The position numbers and the translations under genes are program-made. Of a DNA stretch of 64,000 nucleotides, positions 31,705 through 40,634 are shown piece by piece. Position 1 is the stretch's first letter; each line of letters begins with the position of its first letter. The notes under the pieces were generated by a model. It searched no databases, was not told the DNA's origin, and saw nothing but the letters and a program-made list of their open reading frames with translations. This DNA comes from Candidatus Bathyarchaeota archaeon. GTDB lineage: Archaea; Thermoproteota; CALKCG01; B24; DRYS01. The stretch lies in contig JAGTQC010000005.1 of NCBI GenBank assembly GCA_018396535.1, positions 64,001 through 128,000 on the forward strand. The letters are read 5' to 3'.

Positions 31705-32514
31705 TTGAGGATCGTATTGAAGATAGGTGGAAGCCTATTAGCCGAAGGGGTTGAAGAAACAGAGCTAGCCTCAGATATAGAGAGGATAGCTTCAGAGCAT
31801 AGCTTAGTTATAGTTCATGGAGGAGGAAGGGATGTAACTCATGTATGTGAGCGTATGGGTAAGAAGCCTATCTTCGTAACATCACCTGAAGGATTTAGGA
31901 GTAGATACACGGATCTAGAAACTCTAGAGATATACGTTATGGTTATGGCTGGGAAGGTTAACAAAGAGCTTGTAGCATACCTTAGGAGCAGAGGATTGAA
32001 TGCTATAGGTCTTTCAGGAGTGGATGGAGGGATATTGAAGGCTGAGAGGAAGAAGAAGCTTATCATAATCGATGAGAGAGGTCGTAAAAGAGTTATAGAA
32101 GGTGGGTATACTGGGAGGATAGTATCCGTCGATACTCGTATACTAGAGTATCTATTGAATCTAGGCTACATACCTGTAATCGCACCTATAGCTTTAGGGA
32201 CTGAGGGCGAAATGCTCAACGTTGACGGAGATAGAGCTGCAGCTTATATCGCTGGCGCTATGAAAGCGGATAGGCTTATCCTAACGACGGATGTGGATGC
32301 TGTATACGTTAAAGGTAAGCCTATCAGTAAGTTGAGTCTAGATGAAGCTAAGGCTGCGCTTAAGGATATAGGGCCGGGTATGATAACTAAGATCTACGCA
32401 TCTATAGAAGCATTAGCGATGGGTGTAGGGAGAGTACATATATGCTCTGGTAAAGGCGATTCCCCACTCCTCAAAGCTTTAGAAGGATTAACAGGGACTG
32501 TTCTAGAACGGTAG
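31705..32514 (+). CDS. lysZ: [LysW]-aminoadipate/[LysW]-glutamate kinase
   Basis: VHGGG, SPEGFRSRYTD and NVDGD; adjacent to lysW. Confidence 0.92.
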   Translation: MRIVLKIGGSLLAEGVEETELASDIERIASEHSLVIVHGGGRDVTHVCERMGKKPIFVTSPEGFRSRYTDLETLEIYVMVMAGKVNKELVAYLRSRGLNAIGLSGVDGGILKAERKKKLIIIDERGRKRVIEGGYTGRIVSVDTRILEYLLNLGYIPVIAPIALGTEGEMLNVDGDRAAAYIAGAMKADRLILTTDVDAVYVKGKPISKLSLDEAKAALKDIGPGMITKIYASIEALAMGVGRVHICSGKGDSPLLKALEGLTGTVLER

Positions 32515-32525
32515 ATTACCTAGGC

Positions 32526-33677
32526 TTGGAGGATGTAGATGCTATGGGAGACTATACTCGTAGGGAAGCTGTGGATCTCCTCTCCCGCATGATAAGCATA
32601 TATTCACCCACTGGTTATGAAAGCGAGCTAGCTAATTTCATCCATAGCGTATTAACAAGTTACGGAGTGAATGCTAAGATCGACTCCATCGGTAACGTAG
32701 TATCTACCATAGGATGCGGTGATCCTAGAATACTCTTATGCGGCCATATGGATACTATACCAGGCTATATACCTATCAGGACTAGGGGTACACGTATATA
32801 TGGTAGAGGAGCTGTCGATGCTAAGGGGCCTCTAGCATCCATGATATCCTCCTTCATAATAGCATCCAGGTATAGCTTCAGCGGTACGATCATACTTGCA
32901 TGCGTAGTAGATGAGGAAGGAGAGAGTAAAGGTATATCTAGGATTATAGATGATGGTATCTATGCAGATTACGCTATATTCGGCGAACCTAGCGGATCCT
33001 CCAGTATCACTATCGGTTACAAAGGTAGTATGCATGTAAAATTAACGGCTAAAAGCGTTGGTGGACATGCATCGGCTCCGTGGCTATACGATAACCCTCT
33101 AGAACTCATATTCGAAGCATACAAGTCTATAAAGGAGAGGATCGAGGGTTTATCTATCTCTGATGATAGATTCTATAGGTATAGCGTGTCTTTAACGATG
33201 GTTAAGGGTGGTGTAGCAGCGAACGTTATACCATCAGATTCAGAAGCCTACCTCGATGTAAGGCTTCCCCCAGGGGCTACTCCTCAATCCATCTTAGAGA
33301 TCGTAAAGCAGGAAGCTCTAAATACTGCTAGCAAATATAGGAGGAGTAGGCTAAAGGTGGAGGTATCAGATTTAACCCCTCCATACGAAGGAGAAGCCGA
33401 TTCTACACTAGTGGAAGCCTTTCGTAAAGCTGTGAAATCCGAGCTAGGTGTTGAACCTAGGCTTATCAAGAAGAGTGGGACGAGCGATATGAATATATAC
33501 GCTAATAGAACTGGAGCCATATCTGTAGCGTACGGGCCTGGTAATCCTAGATTATCGCATAGGAATATCGAATGGATAGAGGTGGAGGATTACATACATT
33601 CGATAAGGATATTGCTTAGAGCTTTATCATATATAATGGGTATAGGTGTAGGTGATGTAGGAGATATTTTAACCTAA
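32526..33677 (+). CDS. lysK: [LysW]-lysine/[LysW]-ornithine hydrolase (M20)
   Basis: GHMDT, GRGAVDAKG, DEE, GEPS and YGPG. Confidence 0.88.
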   Translation: MEDVDAMGDYTRREAVDLLSRMISIYSPTGYESELANFIHSVLTSYGVNAKIDSIGNVVSTIGCGDPRILLCGHMDTIPGYIPIRTRGTRIYGRGAVDAKGPLASMISSFIIASRYSFSGTIILACVVDEEGESKGISRIIDDGIYADYAIFGEPSGSSSITIGYKGSMHVKLTAKSVGGHASAPWLYDNPLELIFEAYKSIKERIEGLSISDDRFYRYSVSLTMVKGGVAANVIPSDSEAYLDVRLPPGATPQSILEIVKQEALNTASKYRRSRLKVEVSDLTPPYEGEADSTLVEAFRKAVKSELGVEPRLIKKSGTSDMNIYANRTGAISVAYGPGNPRLSHRNIEWIEVEDYIHSIRILLRALSYIMGIGVGDVGDILT

Positions 33678-34900
33678 AACATAGCTTTAAAGTTTCGTCT
33701 AGATAATTCATCCTCTATAGATCTAGCTATAACCTCAGGTTGTACTGGTAGACCTATAAGCGTAGTCTTACCCCTATAGCCTACGCTAGAAGGCTTCACC
33801 TCTATTAATCCAGCGATGGATAGAGTCTTCATGTAGTTCCAAATCTGAGTATGCTTCTTAGGCTCTACACCGTATTCTTCACATACAACTCTATATGCTT
33901 CTTCTACCCTCCCAGTCGGGAAGTATGCCTCTTCAGGTGAAAACTGGGATATACGTGCTACAGCTAGTAGTAGGAGTAGCTCGTGATCTGCTAGATTCCT
34001 TATATTATCCCTGACAGGTATGATACTGTATACTACGGATTGCTGGATTGCACGTATATGGATCGGTAGGACGATCCTAGAGCCTACACTATCAGCATAC
34101 CTTCCAGCTTTAAGTAGGAGTTCGACAGCCCATCGTATATTACCAGATGATGAGCATATATCCGTTACGAGTCTTAAAGCTTCATCAGATATAGCTCCAT
34201 ATTTGAAAGCTAGATCTGCCCTATACTTTACGATATCATATACCTCGCTCCTAGTATAGCTGTGTAGATCTAGAACATAGCCTTGGAGAGTTTCTAGTAT
34301 AGGTGTACTTAGATTGTTACGTAGGGCTTCGATATCTCTCACGATGAGAATTAGGTGTACTCTCTGCTTAGATCCCATAGACATCTCGTATAATCTCGAA
34401 AGACTGATCAGAAGCTTCACACCCTTCGATGTGAGTAGAGCCTCCACCTCATCTAGCGTTAATAGAAGATAGCAGTCGTTATCATCTAAAGCCTTCAATA
34501 AGAATGATAGTATCTCTTCGAAGGAGAAGCCTCTAGACGGTATATCCGGTATGATCCTCGATGCCACCGTAGTTAGGATCGTATGCGGGCTACCTCGAAA
34601 TTCCTGAGCGTTAATATACACTGAATTGAGTCTTATACCCTTATCGATACATATCTTCTCGAGATCGCTGCAAAATTTACGTGCTAGCACAGTCTTACCT
34701 ACACCAGTCGAACCTACGATAGTAACTTTAGAAGCCATGCTTCCAGGCTCACTTACTAACGAGCGGAATATCCTAGTTAGAATCCTGTATTCATGCTCCC
34801 TATGGGGTAGGCGTGGAGGTATATACGATAGATCTAGTGTATGCTCATTCTTGAATACGCTTCCTACTCTAAGACCTTCCCTGAGTATATCCTCGCTCAT
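33674..34900 (-). CDS. cdc6: Orc1/Cdc6 replication initiator
   Basis: YIPPRLPHRE, Walker A GSTGVGKT, Walker B LDEVE and C-terminal wHTH. Confidence 0.95.
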   Translation of the reverse strand: MSEDILREGLRVGSVFKNEHTLDLSYIPPRLPHREHEYRILTRIFRSLVSEPGSMASKVTIVGSTGVGKTVLARKFCSDLEKICIDKGIRLNSVYINAQEFRGSPHTILTTVASRIIPDIPSRGFSFEEILSFLLKALDDNDCYLLLTLDEVEALLTSKGVKLLISLSRLYEMSMGSKQRVHLILIVRDIEALRNNLSTPILETLQGYVLDLHSYTRSEVYDIVKYRADLAFKYGAISDEALRLVTDICSSSGNIRWAVELLLKAGRYADSVGSRIVLPIHIRAIQQSVVYSIIPVRDNIRNLADHELLLLLAVARISQFSPEEAYFPTGRVEEAYRVVCEEYGVEPKKHTQIWNYMKTLSIAGLIEVKPSSVGYRGKTTLIGLPVQPEVIARSIEDELSRRNFKAMF

Positions 34901-35057
34901 AGATCATCGCTATATCTCGTAGTCGAAGCCTTTAAGCATAATAGGGCTAGATCGATGTAAAGTATATATTGCTAATCAAACTATTTTTTAATTTCTAAAG
35001 CTAAACGTTAACGCTTATAAATCGATTTAAAATAGGATCGTATAGGTGTAACGGTTC

Positions 35058-35396
35058 ATGCAGAGTGATGTAATAACTGTTACAACTCAGTGGATCCCGG
35101 GGTACGAGGTTGAAGCAGTTTTAGGACTTGTATGGGGTATAAGCGTTAGAACTAGGGGTATGCTCGGTAGGTTTATCTCAGGTATAGAAGCGATCGTAGG
35201 TGGTAGAGGTTCAGCATACCTAGAGGAGCTGGATAAAGCTCGTATGGAGGCTCTAGAAGATTTGAAGAGAAGAGCTGCGAGTATGGGTGCTAACGCTGTA
35301 TTATCGATAGATTTCGAAACTACCGAGATACTAGAAGGTTTCATAGTTGTGACAGCTTACGGTACAGCCGTAAGGGTTAGAAGAGTATCGAGCTAG
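35058..35396 (+). CDS. YbjQ/UPF0145 family protein
   Basis: TT..IPGYE..LGLV, MGANAV and AYGTAV. Confidence 0.92.
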   Translation: MQSDVITVTTQWIPGYEVEAVLGLVWGISVRTRGMLGRFISGIEAIVGGRGSAYLEELDKARMEALEDLKRRAASMGANAVLSIDFETTEILEGFIVVTAYGTAVRVRRVSS

Positions 35397-35399
35397 TCT

Positions 35400-36122
35400 T
35401 CACATACTATTAAACCGTCTAACCTTCTCTACGAGTATCGAGAGTTTAGTCTCATCTAGACGGCTCTTAACCCAATCGCCTACACTACATACAGCTCTAC
35501 GTACTCCTACCACATCGAAGCCTAGCTTAAACACCCTATCTATATCATCTAGCTTCAACCCGCCTGCTAATGCTTTAATCAACCCTCTAGATGAAGCTTT
35601 ATCAGCGAATGAGGTAAGATAACTCGTATCCAAGTAGTCGAATACATTATTCCCACCCTTAGTCTTCACATCTATCATCACCCCGTCAGCACCGGCATCC
35701 GCTGCGATATCAACTATCTTCATAGGCTCTAATGATCTTATCCTAGCGTAATCCGCATAGCCTACTAGAACTATCCTAGTATCAGAGGAAACCTCCCTCA
35801 CAGCTATACATATCTCCCTAGCAAGTTTCAACCCATCTCTAACCCTCGATACACCGTATAAGCCTGCCTTAACATAATTTATACCTATAGTAGCCGCGCC
35901 ACGGGCAGCTAACGAAGCCGTACCGGGTAGATTAGGTAGATCACCTATAGTAGCACTAACCTCTATACCTCTAGGTACTATCATCCTAATATCCCTTATC
36001 ACTCTAGGTATACTCGCACCTAGAGCCCCCTCCCTAGGATTCTTAACATCGATTATATCGACGCTATACCTGGAAGCGATCTTAGCCTCACGTCGATCTA
36101 CTACGCTTACGAGGAGCTTCAA
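35400..36122 (-). CDS. mfnB: (5-formylfuran-3-yl)methyl phosphate (4-HFC-P) synthase, methanofuran biosynthesis
   Basis: MKLLVS, DIIDVKNPREGALGA, VSATIGD.P..PGTA, ALAG and GVR. Confidence 0.92.
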   Translation of the reverse strand: MKLLVSVVDRREAKIASRYSVDIIDVKNPREGALGASIPRVIRDIRMIVPRGIEVSATIGDLPNLPGTASLAARGAATIGINYVKAGLYGVSRVRDGLKLAREICIAVREVSSDTRIVLVGYADYARIRSLEPMKIVDIAADAGADGVMIDVKTKGGNNVFDYLDTSYLTSFADKASSRGLIKALAGGLKLDDIDRVFKLGFDVVGVRRAVCSVGDWVKSRLDETKLSILVEKVRRFNSM

Positions 36123-37359
36123 TAGACGCCACCCCAGCCTTCCCTAATAGAAACTCTATCTCAGAGCTCGTTAGATCGTAGCTCTTCAAGAGTTTTACAC
36201 CGTAATCTGGGTTACTCCTTAGGATGAATAATATGTATGGTATGATATCGGATAAAGCAGTCCTTCTAGATGTTAGGCATCTAGAAGCTATTTTAGAAGC
36301 TATAGAGTTCATAACCTCCCGTTCACTCTTGATCGATGATAAGAACTTTATCCTTTCAGGGAAATGGAATGGGGTCCACTTCGATTTAGTAGCCTCCTTA
36401 GCGACAGCCACCCCGCCGGTCATAAGCTCTGTAACGAAGGATAGTAGCTCCCATCTCTGAAGAAGCTTAACCCTAGATCTAAATAGATCTGCTTTAGCTA
36501 GATTCTCCATAGCTATAGCTAAATCCCTAGGATCTGTAAGCTGCGAGGGTGTATTCTCGTATATCCATTCAAACATCATATCTGGATCTACATCTATAAG
36601 CGATAATGCTCTTCTAGCAGTAGCTACAGTCTTAGCGTTAAATATCATAGATAATACATCGAATATCGGTTCTATACGATTCCTATATGGAAGCCATTTA
36701 ACATCATCTATCGTTATCCTCCTCCTACCCTGGCTTACAGTTTGCAGATCGTTTATAGCAGATCTTAGATCACCCTCAGATCTTTTCGCTATGAATTCTA
36801 AAGCCTCCTTATCTACCTCTATACCCTCCCTCAAACATATCTCTCTAAGCTTCTTCACAACCTCCCACTGTTTAAGCCTCTTAAATTCTAGCATAAGGCA
36901 TACCGATCTTAGGGGTGCAAGCTTAGGATCCCATGCATCGTTAGCTGTTAGAACTATAGGTTGACGAGTCTTCTCTAAAACCTCTACTATAGCCTTCACT
37001 CCCCCCTTATCCTCCTCACTCATACCATCAACCTCATCTAACAATATGATACGTCTACTCATAGAACCCATAAGAGTACCCTGGGATGCTGCTACACCTA
37101 CGATACGCTTTATTATAGACTCACCCCTCTGATCGCTTGCATTCAATTCGACGAGATCGTATCCATATGTTCTAGCAGCAGCTTCTACTAGACTTGTTTT
37201 ACCCACACCTGCTGGACCGTATAGTAGAGTTGCCTTATACGTCGGCTTACCCTTAACCCAACTCTCCAGCCACTCGATAAACTTCTTCTTAGACTCTTCG
37301 TTACCTACAACCTCCTCTATCCTCTTCGGACGATACTTTATTATCCAAGGTATACTCAA
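36088..37359 (-). CDS. rfcL: Replication factor C large subunit
   Basis: PWIIKYRP, GPAGVGKT, ELNASD and DEVDG. Confidence 0.95.
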   Translation of the reverse strand: MSIPWIIKYRPKRIEEVVGNEESKKKFIEWLESWVKGKPTYKATLLYGPAGVGKTSLVEAAARTYGYDLVELNASDQRGESIIKRIVGVAASQGTLMGSMSRRIILLDEVDGMSEEDKGGVKAIVEVLEKTRQPIVLTANDAWDPKLAPLRSVCLMLEFKRLKQWEVVKKLREICLREGIEVDKEALEFIAKRSEGDLRSAINDLQTVSQGRRRITIDDVKWLPYRNRIEPIFDVLSMIFNAKTVATARRALSLIDVDPDMMFEWIYENTPSQLTDPRDLAIAMENLAKADLFRSRVKLLQRWELLSFVTELMTGGVAVAKEATKSKWTPFHFPERIKFLSSIKSEREVMNSIASKIASRCLTSRRTALSDIIPYILFILRSNPDYGVKLLKSYDLTSSEIEFLLGKAGVASIEAPRKRSRST

Positions 37360-38333
37360 CCCGAACCCCTACCTACTAACGCTAACCTTGCTAGGAATGC
37401 TGATATCTGAACCTCTTCATCAGCTCCTTGAGCTATCCTAAAATCTATCTCACCTAGATAGTTTATAAGATCCACCTTCTGCTTCTCGCTTATACTAAGC
37501 TCGTATACGCTGGAGTGCATCCTCTTAACTATATCGCTACCCGCATACCCCCTCTGGTATAGAAGCATCCTGAGGAGCATTCTACTCTTAGTGAAATCCC
37601 CTTTAAGCGCATACTCCATCATCTCGGCAACCTCCCTAGGATGCACCCATCCTACTACATCGTACACTACATCCGCTACTATAGGTTTACCTAAAGATGC
37701 AGAAGCTTGAAGAATATTAACAGCTTTCCTAAGATCACCCTCAGCCACCTCATATATAGCTTTCGCCCCATCCTCGGTGAGTTGAACCCTTTCAGCATTG
37801 CATATACGCTTAAGATACGCATAGGTATCCTCGAAGGAGAGGGGTGTAAACCTGAATATAGCAGTCCTAGATTGTATAGGCTCTATTATCCTATTACTAT
37901 AGTTGCAGCTCAGTATGAAGCGGCATGTATCGGTATACCTCTCCATAGTCCTCCTTAAAGCTTGCTGAGCATCAGCTGTAAGATTATCAGCTTCATCCAA
38001 TACGAGTATCTTAAAAGGTACCTCTGTAAGCGTAGCTGATCTAGCAAAATTCTTAACTGTAGTCCTTATAACATCTATACCACGCTCATCTGAAGCGTTA
38101 AGCTCTAAGAAGTTCTCACGGTAATTCTCACCGAAAAGGTCGTGTGCCAAGCAGTGTGCAGCCGTCGTTTTACCAGTACCAGGTGGACCTGCAAAGAGAC
38201 AGTGAGGCATAGTCTTCGTTTCCACAAACTTTTTAAGTCTCTCAACTATCTCCTTCTGGTTAACCATCTCATCGAGCGTCCTAGGCCTATACTTTTCAGC
38301 CCATAGCTCATACTCCTTAGCGTAGAGGCTCAT
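37356..38333 (-). CDS. rfcS: Replication factor C small subunit, intein-free (ATG at 38333 preferred over the track start 38405)
   Basis: WAEKYRP, GPPGTGKT, DEAD and SRT. Confidence 0.96.
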   Translation of the reverse strand: MSLYAKEYELWAEKYRPRTLDEMVNQKEIVERLKKFVETKTMPHCLFAGPPGTGKTTAAHCLAHDLFGENYRENFLELNASDERGIDVIRTTVKNFARSATLTEVPFKILVLDEADNLTADAQQALRRTMERYTDTCRFILSCNYSNRIIEPIQSRTAIFRFTPLSFEDTYAYLKRICNAERVQLTEDGAKAIYEVAEGDLRKAVNILQASASLGKPIVADVVYDVVGWVHPREVAEMMEYALKGDFTKSRMLLRMLLYQRGYAGSDIVKRMHSSVYELSISEKQKVDLINYLGEIDFRIAQGADEEVQISAFLARLALVGRGSG

Positions 38334-38457
38334 AACCCGATTAAACAGATGAACGTTTAGAACGATATAAACTATTAACCGCCATGAAGTAAAAAACCGG
38401 TACAACCATACAATGTTTATTCGCGTATAGGTTTAAACTAGGCTAGTATACATGGAT

Positions 38458-39600
38458 CTACAGATTTTTCAAGAATGCTGTACTTATATATCCTCTTTTA
38501 TGGAGGATAAAGATCGTAGCTAACGATAGAGCAGCTGCGGTTATCGTGATAACAATTATCGATGGAAGATTATACTCGGATACCGTTACTCTAATCCTTT
38601 CCGTCTCATAGGTTAAGCCTTGAGATGAGTATCGAGCCCATATATACGCTACTCCTGTTCTAGTAGGTTTAAATCTATAGGAGAAGCTTCCATCTTCTTT
38701 AACAGTGATATCAGCTATAGGCTCCCCATTCACTATCAAAGTAACATTCTCCCCGCTTAATCCTACGTTATGGATGCGGAGGATTCCCTTCAATCCAACC
38801 TCACCCCCGATAGCTACATCCTGGCTATCCGCTTCTAGCTTAAACTCCGGTTTACCCCATAGAATCTCTATCGAATATACGCTAGGCGGATAGTATATAT
38901 AAGACCAGTATTCATCCATATGCTTCGATACTATAGGTTTCAGATACATACTACCATTTAATAGGCATACGAATATACCATCCGCAAGATCGCGTGGTAT
39001 AGATATATTAGATGCTTCGCTACACCTCCCCCCTCCCCTAATCGTTAATAATATGGAATCGGATCTTATTATCGGATCCGATATCAGCGTGGAGTTTGTA
39101 TATATCTTCAAAACATAGAGGCAACCTCTATCCCTATACCTATACTCATAATACGTTAAATCTGATATACCGAACGGATTCTTAACTATATGTAGCTCTA
39201 CCCTATCTATAGACTCTAAGTTTCTAAACGTCCAGACAATTCTATGTCTTCCATCTACTCTTATAGGTTTACTCATTCCATCAGATGCATCCGGCACCGC
39301 TAGCTCTACCATCATCGTATAATTCGAGGAGCCTTCTAGAGTTAATGTCATCCCATCCATAGGCGTTATGTACGAATAAACTGAAAGAATCCTTAGCAGA
39401 TTATATGGATCTAAATCCATAAGCCTAACTCCTGAAACATACATACTCAAATAGCCTTCTTCTAGCTTAAAATCAACTTCTAAACTCCTAATAGATATCT
39501 TCGTAGGATACCCTAGGATATCTGTTAAGATACCATAATGCCGTGTACTACCGCGTATCCATGATGTAAGCCATAAAATCTCTGTTATACATCTATCCAT
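38458..39600 (-). CDS. Hypothetical surface protein with Ig-like segment and C-terminal TM anchor
   Basis: Beta-rich GENVTLIVNG..DGSFSY segment, then a hydrophobic helix and basic tail. Confidence 0.55.
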   Translation of the reverse strand: MDRCITEILWLTSWIRGSTRHYGILTDILGYPTKISIRSLEVDFKLEEGYLSMYVSGVRLMDLDPYNLLRILSVYSYITPMDGMTLTLEGSSNYTMMVELAVPDASDGMSKPIRVDGRHRIVWTFRNLESIDRVELHIVKNPFGISDLTYYEYRYRDRGCLYVLKIYTNSTLISDPIIRSDSILLTIRGGGRCSEASNISIPRDLADGIFVCLLNGSMYLKPIVSKHMDEYWSYIYYPPSVYSIEILWGKPEFKLEADSQDVAIGGEVGLKGILRIHNVGLSGENVTLIVNGEPIADITVKEDGSFSYRFKPTRTGVAYIWARYSSQGLTYETERIRVTVSEYNLPSIIVITITAAALSLATIFILHKRGYISTAFLKNL

Positions 39601-40514
39601 TCCCCATAGAATTCGAAGCAGCCTGAAATACTGGTGACACCGTTTTCCGATCTACAATTGATCCACCCGGTATTAATCCATGCACACCTCAACTCAGATG
39701 CCTTATCTATAGCATAGAAGTATAGATCGAGTATACTGCTCAAGATCGGATACCGTAAACTCTTTAGAATAAAATCTAGTATAGGGATATCTAGATCTGA
39801 TTCGAGAAACTTTCTAAGCCCTTTCAAACTACCTGAAACCTCAGATGATAGATGGAGGGTGCACCCCTCAGATCCTATACCATAGTCTTTAAGCTGTGTT
39901 TTAAGTGAAAGCATCCTCTCTGAAGATATGCTTACGATAGCTTCATACAGATCGATCATGGTAGGTATAATCTTTATGAACCCTTCTACTATAGCTCTAT
40001 CTAACCCGATAAGGGTATAGCTTAACGATACGGTTGTATTGAAGTATATTTCGAAGAAACGTGTGATCTTCACATACCTACCCGTACCTTTAGATGTGAT
40101 GTTTAATCCATCACCCCTCAGTAGATCTATACTAAGTAGGAGTCTAAGCTCATCCCTACCCCCTTCAATCCTACATTCTAGATCGAGTGTATGGTTTATA
40201 GCCGGTATGAAATCTCTAGCAAATACTAGTAAAGCATCGATCATAAATCTATAGCAGCTATCCTCAGCTTCGCTTCTAATCGAAAACATTAATCTATCAA
40301 ATCCATCTATACTAGATCGATTACCTTCAGCTCTAATCTTGACGCCTATCGATCCATCTGGATAGAATCTAAATGCTAGATCACCTACAAGCTCTATCGA
40401 ATAACTTGGTAAACCCGATATGTAGCAGCTGGATGGCGATAGGTATGCGGAGTTAACATACACTAGTATTAACGATATAAGTATAAGTCTAGGTATACCT
40501 TCAACTATATTCAT
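39585..40514 (-). CDS. Hypothetical secreted protein (signal peptide)
   Basis: N-terminal hydrophobic signal; overlaps the next ORF by 16 nt. Confidence 0.5.
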   Translation of the reverse strand: MNIVEGIPRLILISLILVYVNSAYLSPSSCYISGLPSYSIELVGDLAFRFYPDGSIGVKIRAEGNRSSIDGFDRLMFSIRSEAEDSCYRFMIDALLVFARDFIPAINHTLDLECRIEGGRDELRLLLSIDLLRGDGLNITSKGTGRYVKITRFFEIYFNTTVSLSYTLIGLDRAIVEGFIKIIPTMIDLYEAIVSISSERMLSLKTQLKDYGIGSEGCTLHLSSEVSGSLKGLRKFLESDLDIPILDFILKSLRYPILSSILDLYFYAIDKASELRCAWINTGWINCRSENGVTSISGCFEFYGEWIDV

Positions 40515-40634
40515 AGATACGTGTTAATACTCGTTAAGCAGCTTCTATCTTAAGCTTATAGCACTATTCGACTACTAGAAGAAATCATCGAGGCAGAGTA
40601 TAGTATGCTAGGAGGGTTAAAATTCTTTATAGAG

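Noticed and set aside
34901-35057. Replication origin next to cdc6
   Set aside because: AT-rich but short, with no recognisable repeated ORB (TTCCA..GGAAA) motifs; divergent promoters explain it.
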